From: Malacoraja senta
Taxonomy: Eukaryota
Reading direction: 5' to 3'
NCBI GenBank assembly: GCA_038087875.1
Contig: CM075997.1
Coordinates: forward strand, 8,372,001-8,436,000
DNA length: 64,000 nt
Shown: positions 63,953 through 64,000 of the stretch, one piece after another
How the letters are laid out: each line of letters opens with the position of its first letter
How positions within the stretch are numbered: the first letter of the stretch is position 1
Position numbers and translations under genes: made by a program
Notes under the pieces: model-generated
The model's input: the letters and a program-made list of their open reading frames with translations, nothing else
The model's database searches: none
What the model was told of the DNA's origin: nothing

Positions 63953-64000
63953 CTGGAAGAAAAGTGACAATGGAATGCCAATTTAAACGATGATTTACCG

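Larger units (their letters stand above)
46255..64000 (-). repeat. Right arm of the inverted duplication; runs off the window
   Basis: Mirror of 12296-30046. Includes CR1 (48549-49910, 52394-54044, 62684-63638), Rex1 (49911-51050), Helitron-like (55320-57781) and Penelope (61096-62250) copies. Confidence 0.97.

Overview
Repeat-saturated vertebrate DNA, most likely from a cartilaginous fish such as a skate or ray. This is inferred from HE1/V-SINE-type tRNA-SINEs and abundant CR1, Rex1/Babar and Penelope elements; it cannot be proven from the sequence alone. The only credible host gene is a + strand immunoglobulin-superfamily gene with three Ig (C2-type, LRC/A1BG/LITR-like) exons at 2488-2778, 12344-12634 and 15512-15822. 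The last exon runs into a stop codon with no transmembrane exon visible, suggesting a secreted protein. About 17.7 kb (12296-30046) is repeated in inverted orientation at 46255-64000 with near identity, so Ig exons 2-3 also occur on the - strand. The left arm ends exactly at a 200-N gap, so this is either a real palindrome or a false haplotype duplication. The 16-kb spacer holds two notable elements. One is a Gypsy-type PPT plus short 3' LTR preceded by an intronless, frame-preserving chimera of a heptad repeat, ASPM IQ repeats and TLK2 coiled-coil sequence, which looks like LTR-mediated host gene capture. The other is a decayed class I (epsilon/gamma-like) endogenous retrovirus with ~1.2-kb LTRs and a tRNA-Ser PBS. 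The rest is nested CR1, Rex1, DIRS, Helitron, Penelope and SINE sequence. All family assignments come from recalled motifs, not database searches.
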